Shown here: positions 29,799 through 43,276 of the stretch, piece by piece
How the letters are laid out: each line of letters begins with the position of its first letter
Position numbering within the stretch: position 1 is the first letter of the stretch
Assembly (NCBI GenBank): GCA_951406725.2
Contig: OX597817.1
Span: 86,428,001 to 86,492,000 of the forward strand
Direction of reading: 5' to 3'
From: Octopus vulgaris
Taxonomy: Eukaryota
Length of the DNA: 64,000 nucleotides
Notes under the pieces: model-generated
Told to the model about the DNA's origin: nothing
The model's input: the letters and a program-made list of their open reading frames with translations, nothing else
Database searches by the model: none
Program-made: the position numbers and the translations under genes

Positions 29799-30503
29799 CG
29801 GCGGTTCTCGAAACAGATGTTGCTATAAATAATAGCGTGTAAATATTTGGTTAAAAACTCATTCTTCGACTTTTCCTATCCAAAGAGCTTTTTAACACAT
29901 TATTTAACACAATTATTTATAGTTTTATACGTTTCAATTTTCACCGTTCCAAAAATAAGTCATTTCACATTCTGTCGAAGATTTTAAATCCTTATACAAA
30001 AACAATATATGTATATTTATAGTCACATCTTTATCTAAACACACACACGCACACACATATATGCATGTATGTATGTATTATGTATGTATTATGTATGTAT
30101 GTATGTATGTATGTATGTATGTATGTATGTATGTATGTATGTATGTATGTATGTATGTATGTATGTATGTTTGTATGTATGTATTCAACGACAAACCATG
30201 TACAGACCTACTGTTGGTCAACTTTTCACCCCTGTATCATCATATTTCAAACTTTTTCTCATGAAATTCATTAACTTTTCTCGAGAACACCACCCCATTT
30301 TGACCAATCGTGTTATTTCTCCGTTTTTCTTTTTAGTCGACAGTCACCCCTAGCAACGATCTCTGACGTAGTATTATATCTCTCATTTCCTATTGATAGT
30401 ATTTTGTTACACGGTAAAAATGTTTGTATTAGAGTGAGTTTTGTATATATGACTCAGTCCCTTTGTACATAAAAAATAACAATTATTTATACAATATTAT
30501 AAC

Positions 30504-30812
30504 CAGTGGCCAGGTTGCCAGTTTTCCCGACGGCAAGTGGGCCCCTGCGCCATTAGAATCCATATATAGAGGCCCATGTTAGTATCTAAGGAGCCCATCC
30601 TCTCAAGTTTGGGAATTTTTTATTCACTCCTGAAAGAATGCATTATTTCAGCCTGGCTATGTTTGTTGACAGTTGAAAAGAATATTTCTAACAAAAAAAA
30701 AGACAAAAAAATTATACGATAGCGTTATAGTTGCGGATGGGCCTCCTTGTAGTTGCGGGTGGGTCCCCTTAGTCTCCTGGCAACCAATATTTTTAGACCC
30801 AGTCCGCCACTG
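30504..30812. mobile_element. hAT-like MITE
   Basis: CAGTGGC...GCCACTG ends, inner GGTTGCCAG/CTGGCAACC, GGCCC subterminal motifs; flanks ATTATAAC/GTTATAAT. Confidence 0.65.
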
Positions 30813-31065
30813 GTTATAATCCACCCCTATATGTATTCAAAAGCTTTTTCAAAATATAAAAACTAAAATTAATTTACTTCCACAAAACTACTGAAGTTAC
30901 CTTACATAAATTAATCTCTTCCCCATTCCATAAATTTCATTATATCATACATGTATGATTTTATCATGCATGTATATATATCTTGACACTTTTGTTCTCT
31001 GCTTGAGTAAACCTCGCAAGAGCCTTATATGCATGTGTGTGTGTGTGTACGTGCGTGTGTGTGTT

Positions 31066-31104
<39 letters not shown>

Positions 31105-31158
31105 CCATGTGTATAAATATAAACAAGCATTTGCTTCTTATAAGCGCCGAAATGCGTG

Positions 31159-31208
<50 letters not shown>

Positions 31209-31251
31209 ATAATATAATATAAACGGCAGTTTGCAATGTTTCACCAAAAAG

Positions 31252-31600
31252 GAGAATTACAAATGTCCCTAAATTTAACTACATTGCTAGAAATAATAGC
31301 TAAATCGCTAAATTATCCAATTATTTGGATGGTGTAAACATAAATGCTAATGGCGAATCAAGTCTTGAAAGAGCTGAACAATCGAGCGGTCTTAATTGAT
31401 GAGGCAAAGGAAATTGCCGAAACTGACGCGTCAGTATTAAGAATTCTCGGACAGCACTTTTCGGACGATTATGGTCCTTGCTAGTGTATATATTTTCATC
31501 CATGTGCGTTAACAACAGCATTAGAGCGGTTTAGCTCTTATTTGTATCAATGTAAATGTTTCCTAACACCCTAGTCACATTTGGGGATATTTTTCATTCT
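31252..31600. mobile_element. Fold-back element enclosing a hammerhead ribozyme
   Basis: Imperfect inverted arms GAGAATTACAAATGTCCCTAAAT..TACATTGCTAGAAATAATAGCTAAATCGCT vs AGCGGTTTAGCTCTTATTTGTATCAATGTA..ATTTGGGGATATTTTTCATTCTC. Confidence 0.6.
31390..31442 (+). ncRNA. Type I hammerhead ribozyme (C3U)
   Basis: UCUUAA-UUGAUGA-GGCAA/AGGAAA/UUGCC-GAA-ACUGACGCGUCAGU-A-UUAAGA: three perfect helices, GUA cleavage triplet. Confidence 0.8.
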
Positions 31601-31629
31601 CATATGCGTGTGTATGTGTGTTTGTGTGT

Positions 31630-31723
<94 letters not shown>

Positions 31724-32310
31724 CTTTATTAGCCACACACAGGGCTGAACACAGACGGGACAGATTACAAAGTATAGCTTTTCTTTTTGGGGAGAAAAAA
31801 AGGGGGTAGGTTTTCGATCATAAGGGATCGTAAAAAGGAAAAAGAAAAAAGAAAAAAAACGACCAATAGGGATCGTGTATCACAGAAATGTCATGATGTA
31901 AAGTGTAAAGGGGGAAACAGATAAGGTTAATCCGTGGAAAGAAAAGCCTACGGAAAAGACCACGGTAACCTCGGTCAATAATGTCACATGTTAACACATT
32001 TATTTGCAAGTAAGTAACTCTCTGTTTTAAATTTTTCCGGGTTCATAGGATTATGCTCAAGATGGCTTCGTCATTCATACGTACCATCCTTGCTACATTC
32101 ACCCATCTTTTTTTTTGAAACATTCGCTAGACAAAACTTGCCTCTCTACTCTCACTTTCCTTTTCAAGTGATACTTTAAGAAGTTGATGAGAGATTGACC
32201 AGAGAGGACAGTGTTTGTCTCTAATCTTTTCAGACGCGTCCACACACACACACACTCACACACACATACACACACACATACACACATATATATATAAACA
32301 CAAACATATG

Positions 32311-32349
<39 letters not shown>

Positions 32350-32454
32350 ATGCATATATACATACATATGTATATATACATCCACACACATACACATATA
32401 TATATACATATATATACATATATACATATATACATATATATACATATATACATA

Positions 32455-32652
32455 TGTGACTGCGTGTGTATCGTTTTTTTTCCCTCCGTCTTCCCTTCCT
32501 TAGATCTTTCCTTTTTCTATGTTTCTGGAGAAGAGCTCCGCTCGAAACGTTAAATCTTCCTTCTTTCTTTCCTTCCTGAGCGTCCAATAACACTATACTT
32601 GTTCCACATCCTCGCGTTATTATGTCTCCTCTTTGTGTTTTCATGTTTGGAT
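32455..32652 (+). mobile_element. HHR-bearing repeat, second copy (core mutated CUGGAGA at 32525-32531)
   Basis: Reverse complement of 2113-2310. Confidence 0.7.
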
Positions 32653-32656
32653 TAAC

Positions 32657-32702
<46 letters not shown>

Positions 32703-32724
32703 AGAGAGAGAGAGAGAGAGAGAG

Positions 32725-32800
<76 letters not shown>

Positions 32801-32886
32801 GGGTAGATAGATAGATAGATAGATGGATAGATAGATAGATAGATAGGCAGACAGACAAACAGACTGACAAGCAGGCAGGTAGACAG

Positions 32887-32948
<62 letters not shown>

Positions 32949-34141
32949 AGATAGATATATTAACTGAGAAGCAAGCAGACATGCAGACATACTGACAGAC
33001 AGACATAGATATCAATGGAGACAAAAGTCATATTTTCGTACGTCTGTATACATATGTGTGTATACGCATTTCTCTTATTTTCCCATAAAGATATATTTCT
33101 TGTTATGTCATTTCCACTCCACCACACTCCTCCAGTATAAACAAAGACAGTGTCAAACGGTGAAGGGCGCAGGTTTTCTGCGTAGAGAAATAGCTTTCTT
33201 TCAATAACGCCTACTGATTAAATTTTCTCTCTTTTTACCTGTACTTATACAATGTCAGATATTCAGAGATATAAAGTACACTGCTGTGTGACAAACAGGC
33301 TATAGCTCAAATTCAAAACTGTCCAGAAGCTACGATGACACGATTAAGTAGCCTTGCTCTTCAGTAAGTGAATATTTATGTGCATGTGTATATGTTAGTG
33401 TATGTGTGTGCACGTGTGTATGAGTGTATTTGTTCGTCTATGAATGTGAGAGAGACAGTGTATTCTGTTGGGTTTCTTTATGGGTGTATATGTTTTAAAA
33501 TGTGTATTGACCTCGTTTGAAATGTTTACATTGTATGATCAGCTTGATATATATATAGAACTTAGTAACAACGCCATTGTATTTAGATACGTACAGATAG
33601 GTGCAGATATGCATTTGAATTGAGGGATATATATATAGAGAGAGAGGGGGTGAAGGAGGGAGGAGGAAGAGCAATGCTGATGATAACTAGTACACTCAGT
33701 CACTGTAGTGACTTCCATAGTTCTGCCTTGTAAATTGCGAATAAGCTACCTTCATTGTTTACTAGCAATACATCCCGGCGTTGCCCGGGTGTTATGTCCT
33801 ACGACTATATTGTATTATTTGTTCTTTTCTTATGGGCAGAATCGGCACAGCTGATACATAGTGAACTGGATTACAGGTGTAATGGAAATTATTGTTTGTT
33901 TAAAAGTGAAGGGGGAGGGTACATTTTACAGGGGTTTGAATGAAAGTACCTTTCCGTACTTAAGAAAGATCGCAAACCATGTATTGTTTGAGCGTATAAA
34001 AGGAGGTTAATGCGATTCTACTCAGAAATCACCTTTTCAAAAATTTTATTTTCACCCACCCCGTCCCCATCGCAATTTCTTAATTTGTAACTTTTTTCGA
34101 TTTTTTTTAAAAATCTGCGTTAAAAATACAGAGATTACGAA

Positions 34142-34192
<51 letters not shown>

Positions 34193-34195
<3 letters not shown>

Positions 34196-34469
34196 ATAAA
34201 ACGGTAAGATAACAAAAGAAAGAAAGAGACCTCAATATTATGTAAATAGAGGAAATTTATCTATACAATATGTTACATTACTCGGTAGTCAAGATAAAAC
34301 TCTGAGTTTCAGATGCCGAAGTGGAAATCCACAAAACCATCTCTTCGGTTATCTGGCTATTTGAAAACGTTATGATAACGTTTTCAAATAGCCAGATAAC
34401 CGAAGAGATGGTGTTGTGGATTTCCACTTCGGCATCTGAAACTCAGAGTTTTATCTTGACTACCGAGTA

Positions 34470-34474
<5 letters not shown>
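34193..34474 (-). mobile_element. ORF-less Naiad pLTR fold-back in (TA)n
   Basis: Near-perfect palindrome 34274-34474 centred on 34374; sequence matches the pLTR at 41281-41462. Confidence 0.9.
34394..34456 (+). ncRNA. Hammerhead-like motif (C4 variant) in Naiad pLTR; mirror copy 34292-34354 on minus
   Basis: AGAUAA-CCGAAGA-GAUG..GUGGA/UCCAC..CAUC-U-GAA-ACU/CAG/AGU-U-UUAUCU. Confidence 0.55.
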
Positions 34475-34532
<58 letters not shown>

Positions 34533-35354
34533 GGGAGACTTTATGAAAAAAATAAAAGATGAAGACAGGTGGTATACAAAACAAATAGATGTATTAGTAT
34601 AACGCTCAGGAATAAAAGTTTAATTGCCCTTAAAGAAATACTCAATGCCCCTTCCCCCTACTCGCCAACCCATCACCTTTCCGCTTTCAAAAAGGTAAAA
34701 TCTCTTGATGTTTCACTTTCGTCTGATGTTTCACGCATACATAAAAATGTACTGAAATAGTTGACGTAAAAAATAGCAGACCACCACCAGAAAACCCGAC
34801 GTGCTAGAAGCAAGAGCTAAACGACATTATTTCTGAAGAAACTTCCTCGCTTTCAAAAAGCTAAAAGTGAAACAATGGGAGTTTATAGCTTTTTAAATGT
34901 GATGAGGGTGATGGGTGGATGTTTGGGAAGATTTTAGTTTTTCTTTAAGAAAAAAGAAAGTAGAAAATTCTTTAAGATTCGTACCAAGAAAGAAATTTAG
35001 AAAAAAGTAAAACGATGAAGAAATTGGGGTGGAGAGAGAGAAAATTAAAATATTGAGAACGTGTTTTTGGGCGAAATCCTAATCTCCTGTATCAAAATCA
35101 CAGGAATCGGAAAAAAAAATTAAGGAAAAAAATATGGGCGGGGGCGCAAATGTCACCTCGGACACGCTAGAAACAAAGGACAGGATTTCTAGGAAAACTT
35201 CCTTTTAAGTTTGTCATTACAAACACAGATTACAGAATAGAAAAGGTCATTTCAGTTGGATTCGAGTCATAATTTTGCGCGTGCACAGGGCAAGAAATAG
35301 CATAATTCGTACAGAAGTTTTACCTAGAGAAAAAGAGAGGAGGGAGAGAGAGAA

Positions 35355-35459
<105 letters not shown>

Positions 35460-35467
35460 GTGTGCGT

Positions 35468-35640
35468 AAAGTTTAGCGGTATTTCGTCTGTCTACCTTCT
35501 GAGTTCAAATTCCGCCGAGGTCGACTTTCCCTTCCGGGATCGATAAATTAAGTACCAGTTGCGTACTGGAGTCGATCTAATCGACTGACCCCCCACCCCC
35601 AAAAAAAATTTGGGGGCTTGCACCTAAAATAGAAAAGAAT
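35468..35640 (+). mobile_element. SINE family B copy
   Basis: TTAGCGGTATTTCGTC...GAGTTCAAATTCCGCCGAGGTCGAC...AAGTACCAGT. Confidence 0.8.
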
Positions 35641-37482
35641 ACTCTTTTGTTTGAAGCAGCGAAGTTGTCAAGTCGATTATATGGTCGATCATATGGGATC
35701 ATATAACTGTTCGTTAATTTCCGAACAGTTATATGCTTTATGCTTTGAATAGAGCAAAAACTGAAAGAGGGGAGAAAGTGAAAAGGCGACATTTGCCTTG
35801 AAGTGAGAGGAGAAAGTGAAAGAGAGGAGAAAGTGAGAGGGAGGTGAAAGTGAGAGAAAGGAGAAAGTGAAAGATGTATGAATGTGTATATGAAATGGAC
35901 GTGTGTATGTGTGTATGTATGCGTTTGTGTGTGTGTGTGCACGTATGTGCGTGTGCATAAGAGAGAGAGCGAGTGAGTGAAGATGTGTGTTGTCATGTAT
36001 TTTTTTGCATGCATGTGTAAGTGGCACTCACTCGCTCACTCTCTCTCTCTCACACACACACATACACATTATCTTTCATATACACGTACGTAAATATATA
36101 TGCACACATCTTTTTTGTATGTAAGTGTGCGTGTGCATGTGAGTAGAATTCTACGCATGCGTGAAACATCCGTATATACACATACATATCTTATATATGT
36201 ATGTGTGTATATATATATATATAAATAGAGAGAGAGAGAGAGAGAGAGAGAAAGGAGGGGAGAGAAAGAGAGACAGATAGATACATATATACATACATTC
36301 ATACATACATGCATCTATATACATACACCCACATTCCATAAACGTACACAATTGAGCTATAGGTTGATGTACATGTATGTCAATTTATCAAATGTGTTCA
36401 GTATTCATGTTTTAATAAAGACGTGATCTGGTGGTGCAATTATGAGTTGGTGTAGGTGTAGGTTTATATGGATATGTGTTGGTTTCTTTGTCTACAGGCG
36501 TAGGTGGGCATTTTTTGCTTTGATCACTTGTTTTGTTATAACTTCAGTAGCTAATCAAAGAATAAAGTACGACTGCTTACGTTATATCTATTCTCTGTCG
36601 ACCAAACTTTCTGTCTTTTTCCTAAATATGACACTAACACATGTAAAATACGTCTCTCATAACTTATATCTGCGCGTGTTGATGGAATCAGGCGATGGAA
36701 ACTATTATATACCGGCCATTTTACCCGACCGGAATCCGAGCAAGTGCCCAGATTCAACCGTGATATTCACCCAGATATTAAGTGACGTTTCCCCTAATCC
36801 TAATTCTCTGTATGCGTATCTAGAAAGATTTGACGCCAATATTGCAAACTGTGAAAACATTTATTGATTTCGATGTGTTGTATGAAACTACAGTTTAATT
36901 TAACTACCATTTTGAACTGAGTTATATGGCGTGGTTCGATTACATTCGATATACGTTAATATTAAAACTGAATATCTCATGAGCAACAAGATAACATGCT
37001 TTTGTTTATTTCTGATACATTTAATTGTTTTTCTTCGTTATAGCTCACTCAGAACAAGAAATTTAGTTCCCAGCACATCATTGGACTGGGACACCGCATT
37101 GAAGAGTTTAGTTAAACAAATCTCTTCCAGTACTTCTTTTTTAAAACCCGGTACTTATTTTATCGTGTTCTTTTGCAGAACCGACCTGCTTCTTTCAGAT
37201 TCCGTGATCCAAATCCATTAATAAGGCCTTGTTTGTGCTTTTGTGATTTACAGGTATGCTTTTCTACGCACGTGTGTATTTACGCAGGTGCGTATGTATG
37301 GTTTAATGAATGCATGTATGCCGTCACCTAATTTTTTCCCGAAGGAGGGAGCTGCTTACTATCAGAGAAACCGAAGTTCCAACACTGGAAATTGGGTAAT
37401 AACATTGATAATTGTCAAATATTGAACTTTAGGAAAATCTTGCATATTTTTATTATGTATGTACATAAATACATATATATGC

Positions 37483-37564
<82 letters not shown>

Positions 37565-38011
37565 AGTGTATATGTATGTGTGTCTACGAACGTACGTACG
37601 TATGTATGTTTCATCAAATTGACAGGGCTACTATTAAACAGTGCGTCTGATAAGAGAGTGGTTTGCGTGTGTGTGTGTGTTTCTTCGGAAACAAAATAAT
37701 AAAAAAAATCCTATGACATCCTGTCAAACTGATGTTTAGGGATTCAACCAGAGCATATCACAGCTTTAATAGACATGTCAGCGGGGATAGAAACAGAATA
37801 TAAGGATTGTATCTCACTAAATAAAGGCTCACCTGACAGACAGATGTATGAGGAATGAAGAGATAGGGTTTCGAACAGAGAAAGATGTAGACAAGTGGAA
37901 AATTAATTTGACATGAGGAGCAAGGTTAAAGTATAACATGATGGGTAAGTTTTATCTTAGGTTTGATCGACTGATTGATGTAGGCTCGCGCGCATACACA
38001 CACATACACAC

Positions 38012-38053
<42 letters not shown>

Positions 38054-38377
38054 CGAGAGAGACAGACAGACAGACAGACTGAGAGAGACAAACACATACA
38101 CCCCACCACACGCACGTACTGATTGATATAGGCACCACCACACGCACATACTGAGTGATATAGGCACCACCACACTTCTGATTGATACAGGAACAAGTGT
38201 GTGCGCGTGTAAACATACATATGTACATTTAAACGTGCATATGTACATGCAAATATGTATACGTGTGTGGAGTTTTAATGGGGGTAATTTACATGCACAT
38301 CAGCTGGTAGGTTTTGTTGCCTAATAATACTCTGGGAATTGACGAAAAATAGACGTACATGTATGCATGTGTACTTG

Positions 38378-38440
<63 letters not shown>

Positions 38441-39912
38441 GCAGACAGACAGAAACAGACACACACAAACACGCACACACTCATACACACACACACACAC
38501 ACACACACAGATGTGTACGTATGTGTGCGTAGTTTGTTATACATACTACATTTCGTATTACTAAAAGTCTTTGAATAAACACAAAACAAGATATTTAATA
38601 CTGCCTCTTCACACACACATATTTGTTTAACTGTTAATTGAAATAAATCGGCTGTAGTACATAAGTGACGGTAATTTATAAAAACCAGAAGCGCTTGCAG
38701 CCCAGACTGCTTACTGTATAATATAACAACTGACTGTAAGAAGCTCATAAAGACAAGAACTTCGTTATTGAGAACAAACAACCGAGTGACCTCGGGGTAC
38801 CAGCAGATCGAATATGTACAACAATAGAGATATATTCAAATATGTAAATAAGTAGAACAGAAGTGGGCGAGAAGCACAGATCGCCGCTGTAGTGGTGGTG
38901 CCTGTGGCTGTGGCAGTGGCGGTGGTAGTACTGGTGTTGGTTGTATTGAGTACTTTGTCACTTTAATCGTGTAGGTTTCATAATTCATTTGGTAAAGCAT
39001 GAAAGATCTGTGGATTTTTGAACCCTAAATTATAGCGGTATCTGGTCCTGGCTTTAGACGAAGTGGGTGGTAACTATGGTACTACGCAGTGGCGTCTAGT
39101 GCGGGCATTTGTCAAGCTCTTGATGCCGAAGTTAGATGCAAGCCCTTCCAGTATTTTGCGCACGTAGAATATTACGTATTGAAAACAGCCGAGAAAGCCC
39201 AAAGTCAGTGTACTAACATCGTAATGAATGTTGTACCCTATAAATTCCTAATAGTTTTCTTTTGTAAATATTTTTAGAAATGCATAACAGTAATTGTTAG
39301 CATGTCTTAATGAGAAGGGGAGATTTTTTTCTAATTATAAGTTTTCTAAATGAATTAGGCTAGGAGATAAAGATAACTGATATTCGTTTCAATGATAGGA
39401 CACCTACGAATTCCTGTTTCTACCTCAATAAGCGCCATTAACACAGCATTGCTTATTGTTTTCTTTGAAACTACAGATAGACATTTGTCAAGATATTTGA
39501 GAACATTTTTAGCCAGGAATAAATCTGCATAATTAAACGAAGGGAAGCTATGCGAAAATAACTCAAAGACACACGGTACGAGAGTTTCGATTACAAATTT
39601 GGCGCAGATATTTAGTGTCGCACACGGTGAATTAATAATTCATTTTGATTTTTTTAATCAAAAGTTATTTCTAAATAAACAATAATGCCAGGAATCTCTT
39701 TGGAAGCACAAACCACAAACTCATAACAACACCGCTTTCGAAACAATAATTTGAATGCCTTTTTCTCCCAGCATTATAATTTCGGAATTATATCTAAGTT
39801 TTCAGATATTACCTTTCTTTCTCATTGAGACTCGCAGGTGAGGAAAATTTTGGGATTGAGACTCGCAGGCGAGGAAACTTTTTGAAATACTAGATTTTAT
39901 TGTGTGCGGTCT

Positions 39913-39980
<68 letters not shown>

Positions 39981-40262
39981 ATGTTACATTACTCGGTAGT
40001 CAAGATAAAACTCTGAGTTTCAGATGCCGAAGTGGAAATCCACAACACCATCTCTTCGGTTATCTGGCTATTTGAAAACGTTATGAAAAAATACCGTTAA
40101 AAATGAAGGGAAATTACTCTGTTATAACTCTGCTTTGCCTGCGTACTTATACATCGCTCGCATTTTTCTTCATAAAAATTATATAAAAATACATAAAAAT
40201 ATATAAAAATATATAAAAATATATAAAATCTTCTTGGGACATAACACAGAAAGCATGTTCTA

Positions 40263-41108
40263 TCCGTTTTAGTTAAAAATATTAGTAAGAGGATTTCTAG
40301 CCTCTCATCTAATGAGGACATCTTCAATAGCGTTGCCCCAGTTTATAATAAAGCTTTAAAAGATAGTGGTTTTAGCGAAAAAATAAAATATACACCTATC
40401 ACCAGCCCAACAATAAGGAAAAGGAATAATAGAAATAGGAAGGTCATCTGGTTTACGCCCCCTTACTCACCCGAGGTGGCCTTCAATATAGGTAAATATT
40501 TCCTAGCACTGATAGATAGACATTTTCCAGTTAACCATGCTTATAGGAAACTCTTCAATAGACACAATTTAAAAATTAGTTTTAGTTCAACTACCAATTT
40601 TAAAAACATAATCAATCATAACATACAAAAAACACAAGAAGAAAACAGCTGTTCATGCAGGAATAAAGAATTGTGCCCGCTAAATGGAGCTTGCATGTCC
40701 AAGACCATCATATATGAAGCTACCGTAAACTCTATAACCACTAAAGACACCGTTTCGACGAAGAAATACGTGGGCCTGACAGAGGGTAATTTCAAGGCCA
40801 GGTTCAATAACCACACTTTGAGCTTTAGGCACTGGAACAAAAGAAAAGCGACACAATTATCCAATCATATTTGGTCTTTAAGAGATAAAGGTGTCGATTA
40901 TAACATACAATGGAAGATTTTGGCCAGATGTAAGCCCTATACTAACGGCAGCGGAAGGTGCGGTTTATGCGACATGGAGAGATGGCTTATCTGGAAAAGC
41001 AGCTTAGACCCTACCACATGTCTAAATACAAGGACAGAGCTTTTCGGATCATGCCCACATGTGACTAAATTTCTGTTACGTTTTTGGTCCCCTAAAGAAA
41101 ACGGATAG
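40263..41108 (+). CDS. C-terminal part of PLE polyprotein (RT thumb, Cys-rich linker, GIY-YIG endonuclease), 5'-truncated
   Basis: Open frame ISKRISSLSSNEDIF..SGF..VIWFTPPYS..CSCRNKELCPLNGAC..IIYEA..YVGLTEGNFKARFNNH..CGLCDME..LNTRTELFGSCPH. Confidence 0.9.
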   Translation, partial: SVLVKNISKRISSLSSNEDIFNSVAPVYNKALKDSGFSEKIKYTPITSPTIRKRNNRNRKVIWFTPPYSPEVAFNIGKYFLALIDRHFPVNHAYRKLFNRHNLKISFSSTTNFKNIINHNIQKTQEENSCSCRNKELCPLNGACMSKTIIYEATVNSITTKDTVSTKKYVGLTEGNFKARFNNHTLSFRHWNKRKATQLSNHIWSLRDKGVDYNIQWKILARCKPYTNGSGRCGLCDMERWLIWKSSLDPTTCLNTRTELFGSCPHVTKFLLRFWSPKENG

Positions 41109-41300
41109 AACATGCTTTCTGTGTTATGTCCCAAGAAGATTTATAGATTTTATATATTTTTATATATTTTTATGTATTTTTATATAATTTTTATGAAGAA
41201 AAATGCGAGCGATGTATAAGTACGCAGGCAAAGCAGAGTTATAACAGAGTAATTTCCCTTCATTTTTAACGGTATTTTTTCATAACGTTTTCAAATAGCC

Positions 41301-41363
41301 AGATAACCGAAGAGATGGTGTTGTGGATTTCCACTTCGGCATCTGAAACTCAGAGTTTTATTT
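41301..41363 (+). ncRNA. Hammerhead-like motif (C4 variant) in sense pLTR
   Basis: Same fold as 34394-34456, about 190 nt downstream of the ORF stop. Confidence 0.55.
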
Positions 41364-41461
41364 TGACTACCGAGTAATGTAACATATTGTATAGATAAAT
41401 TTCCTCTATTTACATAATATTGAGGTCTCTTTCTTTCTTTTGTTATCTTACCGTTTTATCA

Positions 41462-41497
<36 letters not shown>

Positions 41498-42381
41498 AGT
41501 CCGTGTACTTCATATATATATGCATGCACACACACATACACACATAAACATATCCAAACAAATATACTTAGATACATACATGCATACATAGGAACGTTCG
41601 TACTACATACATACATACATATATGTGAGTATGCGTGTGTCTTTACGTGTGTGTGTGTGTGTGTGTGTGTGTGTCAAATGATAGCAAGTTTACATTCAAT
41701 ATGAAAATAGACCTGCTTTGTATGTACTTTATCATTTCATATATGCCGATATATGTATATCTGTCTTTGTGTGTGAGTGTACGTACGTGCATGTATGTGT
41801 TTATATATGTGTATATATATGCATGATATGTATGCATGAGTTGTCACATAATGAAGGCGTTATCGGCTTCTATATGAGTGCGTGCGTGTGTGTGTGTGTG
41901 TGAGTGTGTGTGTGTTTGTAAGCATGTGTTTGTATGGATGTGTGAACGTGTGTGCGGGTGCTAAAAAAAGATGAATGGAGTCAGCCACGTTCATCCCCCA
42001 CGGTGAAATGAAAAGCATCTAATGATTTGGGTGTTCTTGTGATGTGTTGCAGTTAAAGGTAAACAGATGAGGGTAGAAGCCAGAGGTAAAAAAAAGGAGT
42101 AACACGTGCCACAGACAACACTTCCAGTACTACTTTTTATATATGGAGGTCGCGTGTGCCTGTGTATGTACTTGTGTGTATGTGTGTGTATAGAGATAGA
42201 TGCATATATATAGATATATGTATGCATGTATGTATGTATGTATGTATGTATGTATGTATGTATGTATGTATGTATGTATGTATGCATGTATGTATGCATG
42301 TATGTATGGAACAGCATTGAAACAGAAGGGGAAAGAGACAAATATCTATTATGTGCATTATATACACACTCGTGCATACGA

Positions 42382-42440
<59 letters not shown>

Positions 42441-42556
42441 TGTGTGTTTGTGTGAGTGTGTGTGTAGAAGGTTGAAAAGGAACACACGAGTTGATATGTA
42501 TAAGGAAAAAAGACAAGGTAAAAAAATGCTAAACTAATTTTATCATGAAGAACATT

Positions 42557-42845
42557 TAAGTTCCGGTTTCATACTTTGCGACTTTTTCAACTTAGAGTAA
42601 AGCATGAAAAACAAATAAATTGTGGAAAAATTAAATTAAATGTTTTTAAAAATATTTCCATAGCTTTCAAATGTAAGGGACATTTACCTTATTTCTGTCG
42701 CTGCCTCTTCTTTTTTACTGTTGTTAAAAAAGAGACAGATAGACAGGAAAAAGGAAACTGTCCCTTGCATTTGAAAGCTATGGAAATATTTTTAAAAGAC
42801 ATTTCATTTAATTTTTCTACAGTTTGATTGTTTTTCATGCTTTAC
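42557..42845 (-). mobile_element. Fold-back (42597-42845) abutting a degenerate U3-A8 hammerhead (42557-42594)
   Basis: ~120 bp inverted arms; minus strand UAAG-UUGAAAA-..-GAAA-CCGG-AA-CUUA. Confidence 0.6.
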
Positions 42846-43045
42846 ATACATATATAGGCTCGAAACGTCAAAGAATCATCCATTTTTCTTGAGCATCAAA
42901 CTAATACACATTGCAGTTATACATACATACATACATACATACATACATACATACATACATACATACATACATACATACATACATACATACATACATACAT
43001 ACATACATACATACATACATACATAAACACACATACATATAAACA

Positions 43046-43115
<70 letters not shown>

Positions 43116-43276
43116 GTATGTATAATGTTATGTTGTATTATATATTACATATCATATATGATATATGTATGCATATATATATACACGCACACATACACAT
43201 AATTTTATACATACATATTTTATATATACATAAATACATACATATATATATACTACATATGCATATATATTATATA

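Larger units (their letters stand above)
33762..35330 (-). mobile_element. Older Helitron-like element with nested insertions
   Basis: ACTAGCAATACATCCCGGCGTTGCCCGGG 3' hairpin/CTAG; putative TC 5' end at 35330 is uncertain. Confidence 0.55.
39975..41462 (+). mobile_element. Young 5'-truncated Penelope-like element (Naiad type) with inverted pLTR, inserted in (TA)n
   Basis: Arms 39975-40269 and 41099-41395 are near-perfect reverse complements; enclosed ORF is uninterrupted. Confidence 0.92.

Noticed and set aside
36442-36867. 141 aa ORF in unique sequence
   Set aside because: No recognisable domain, codon bias or splice context.
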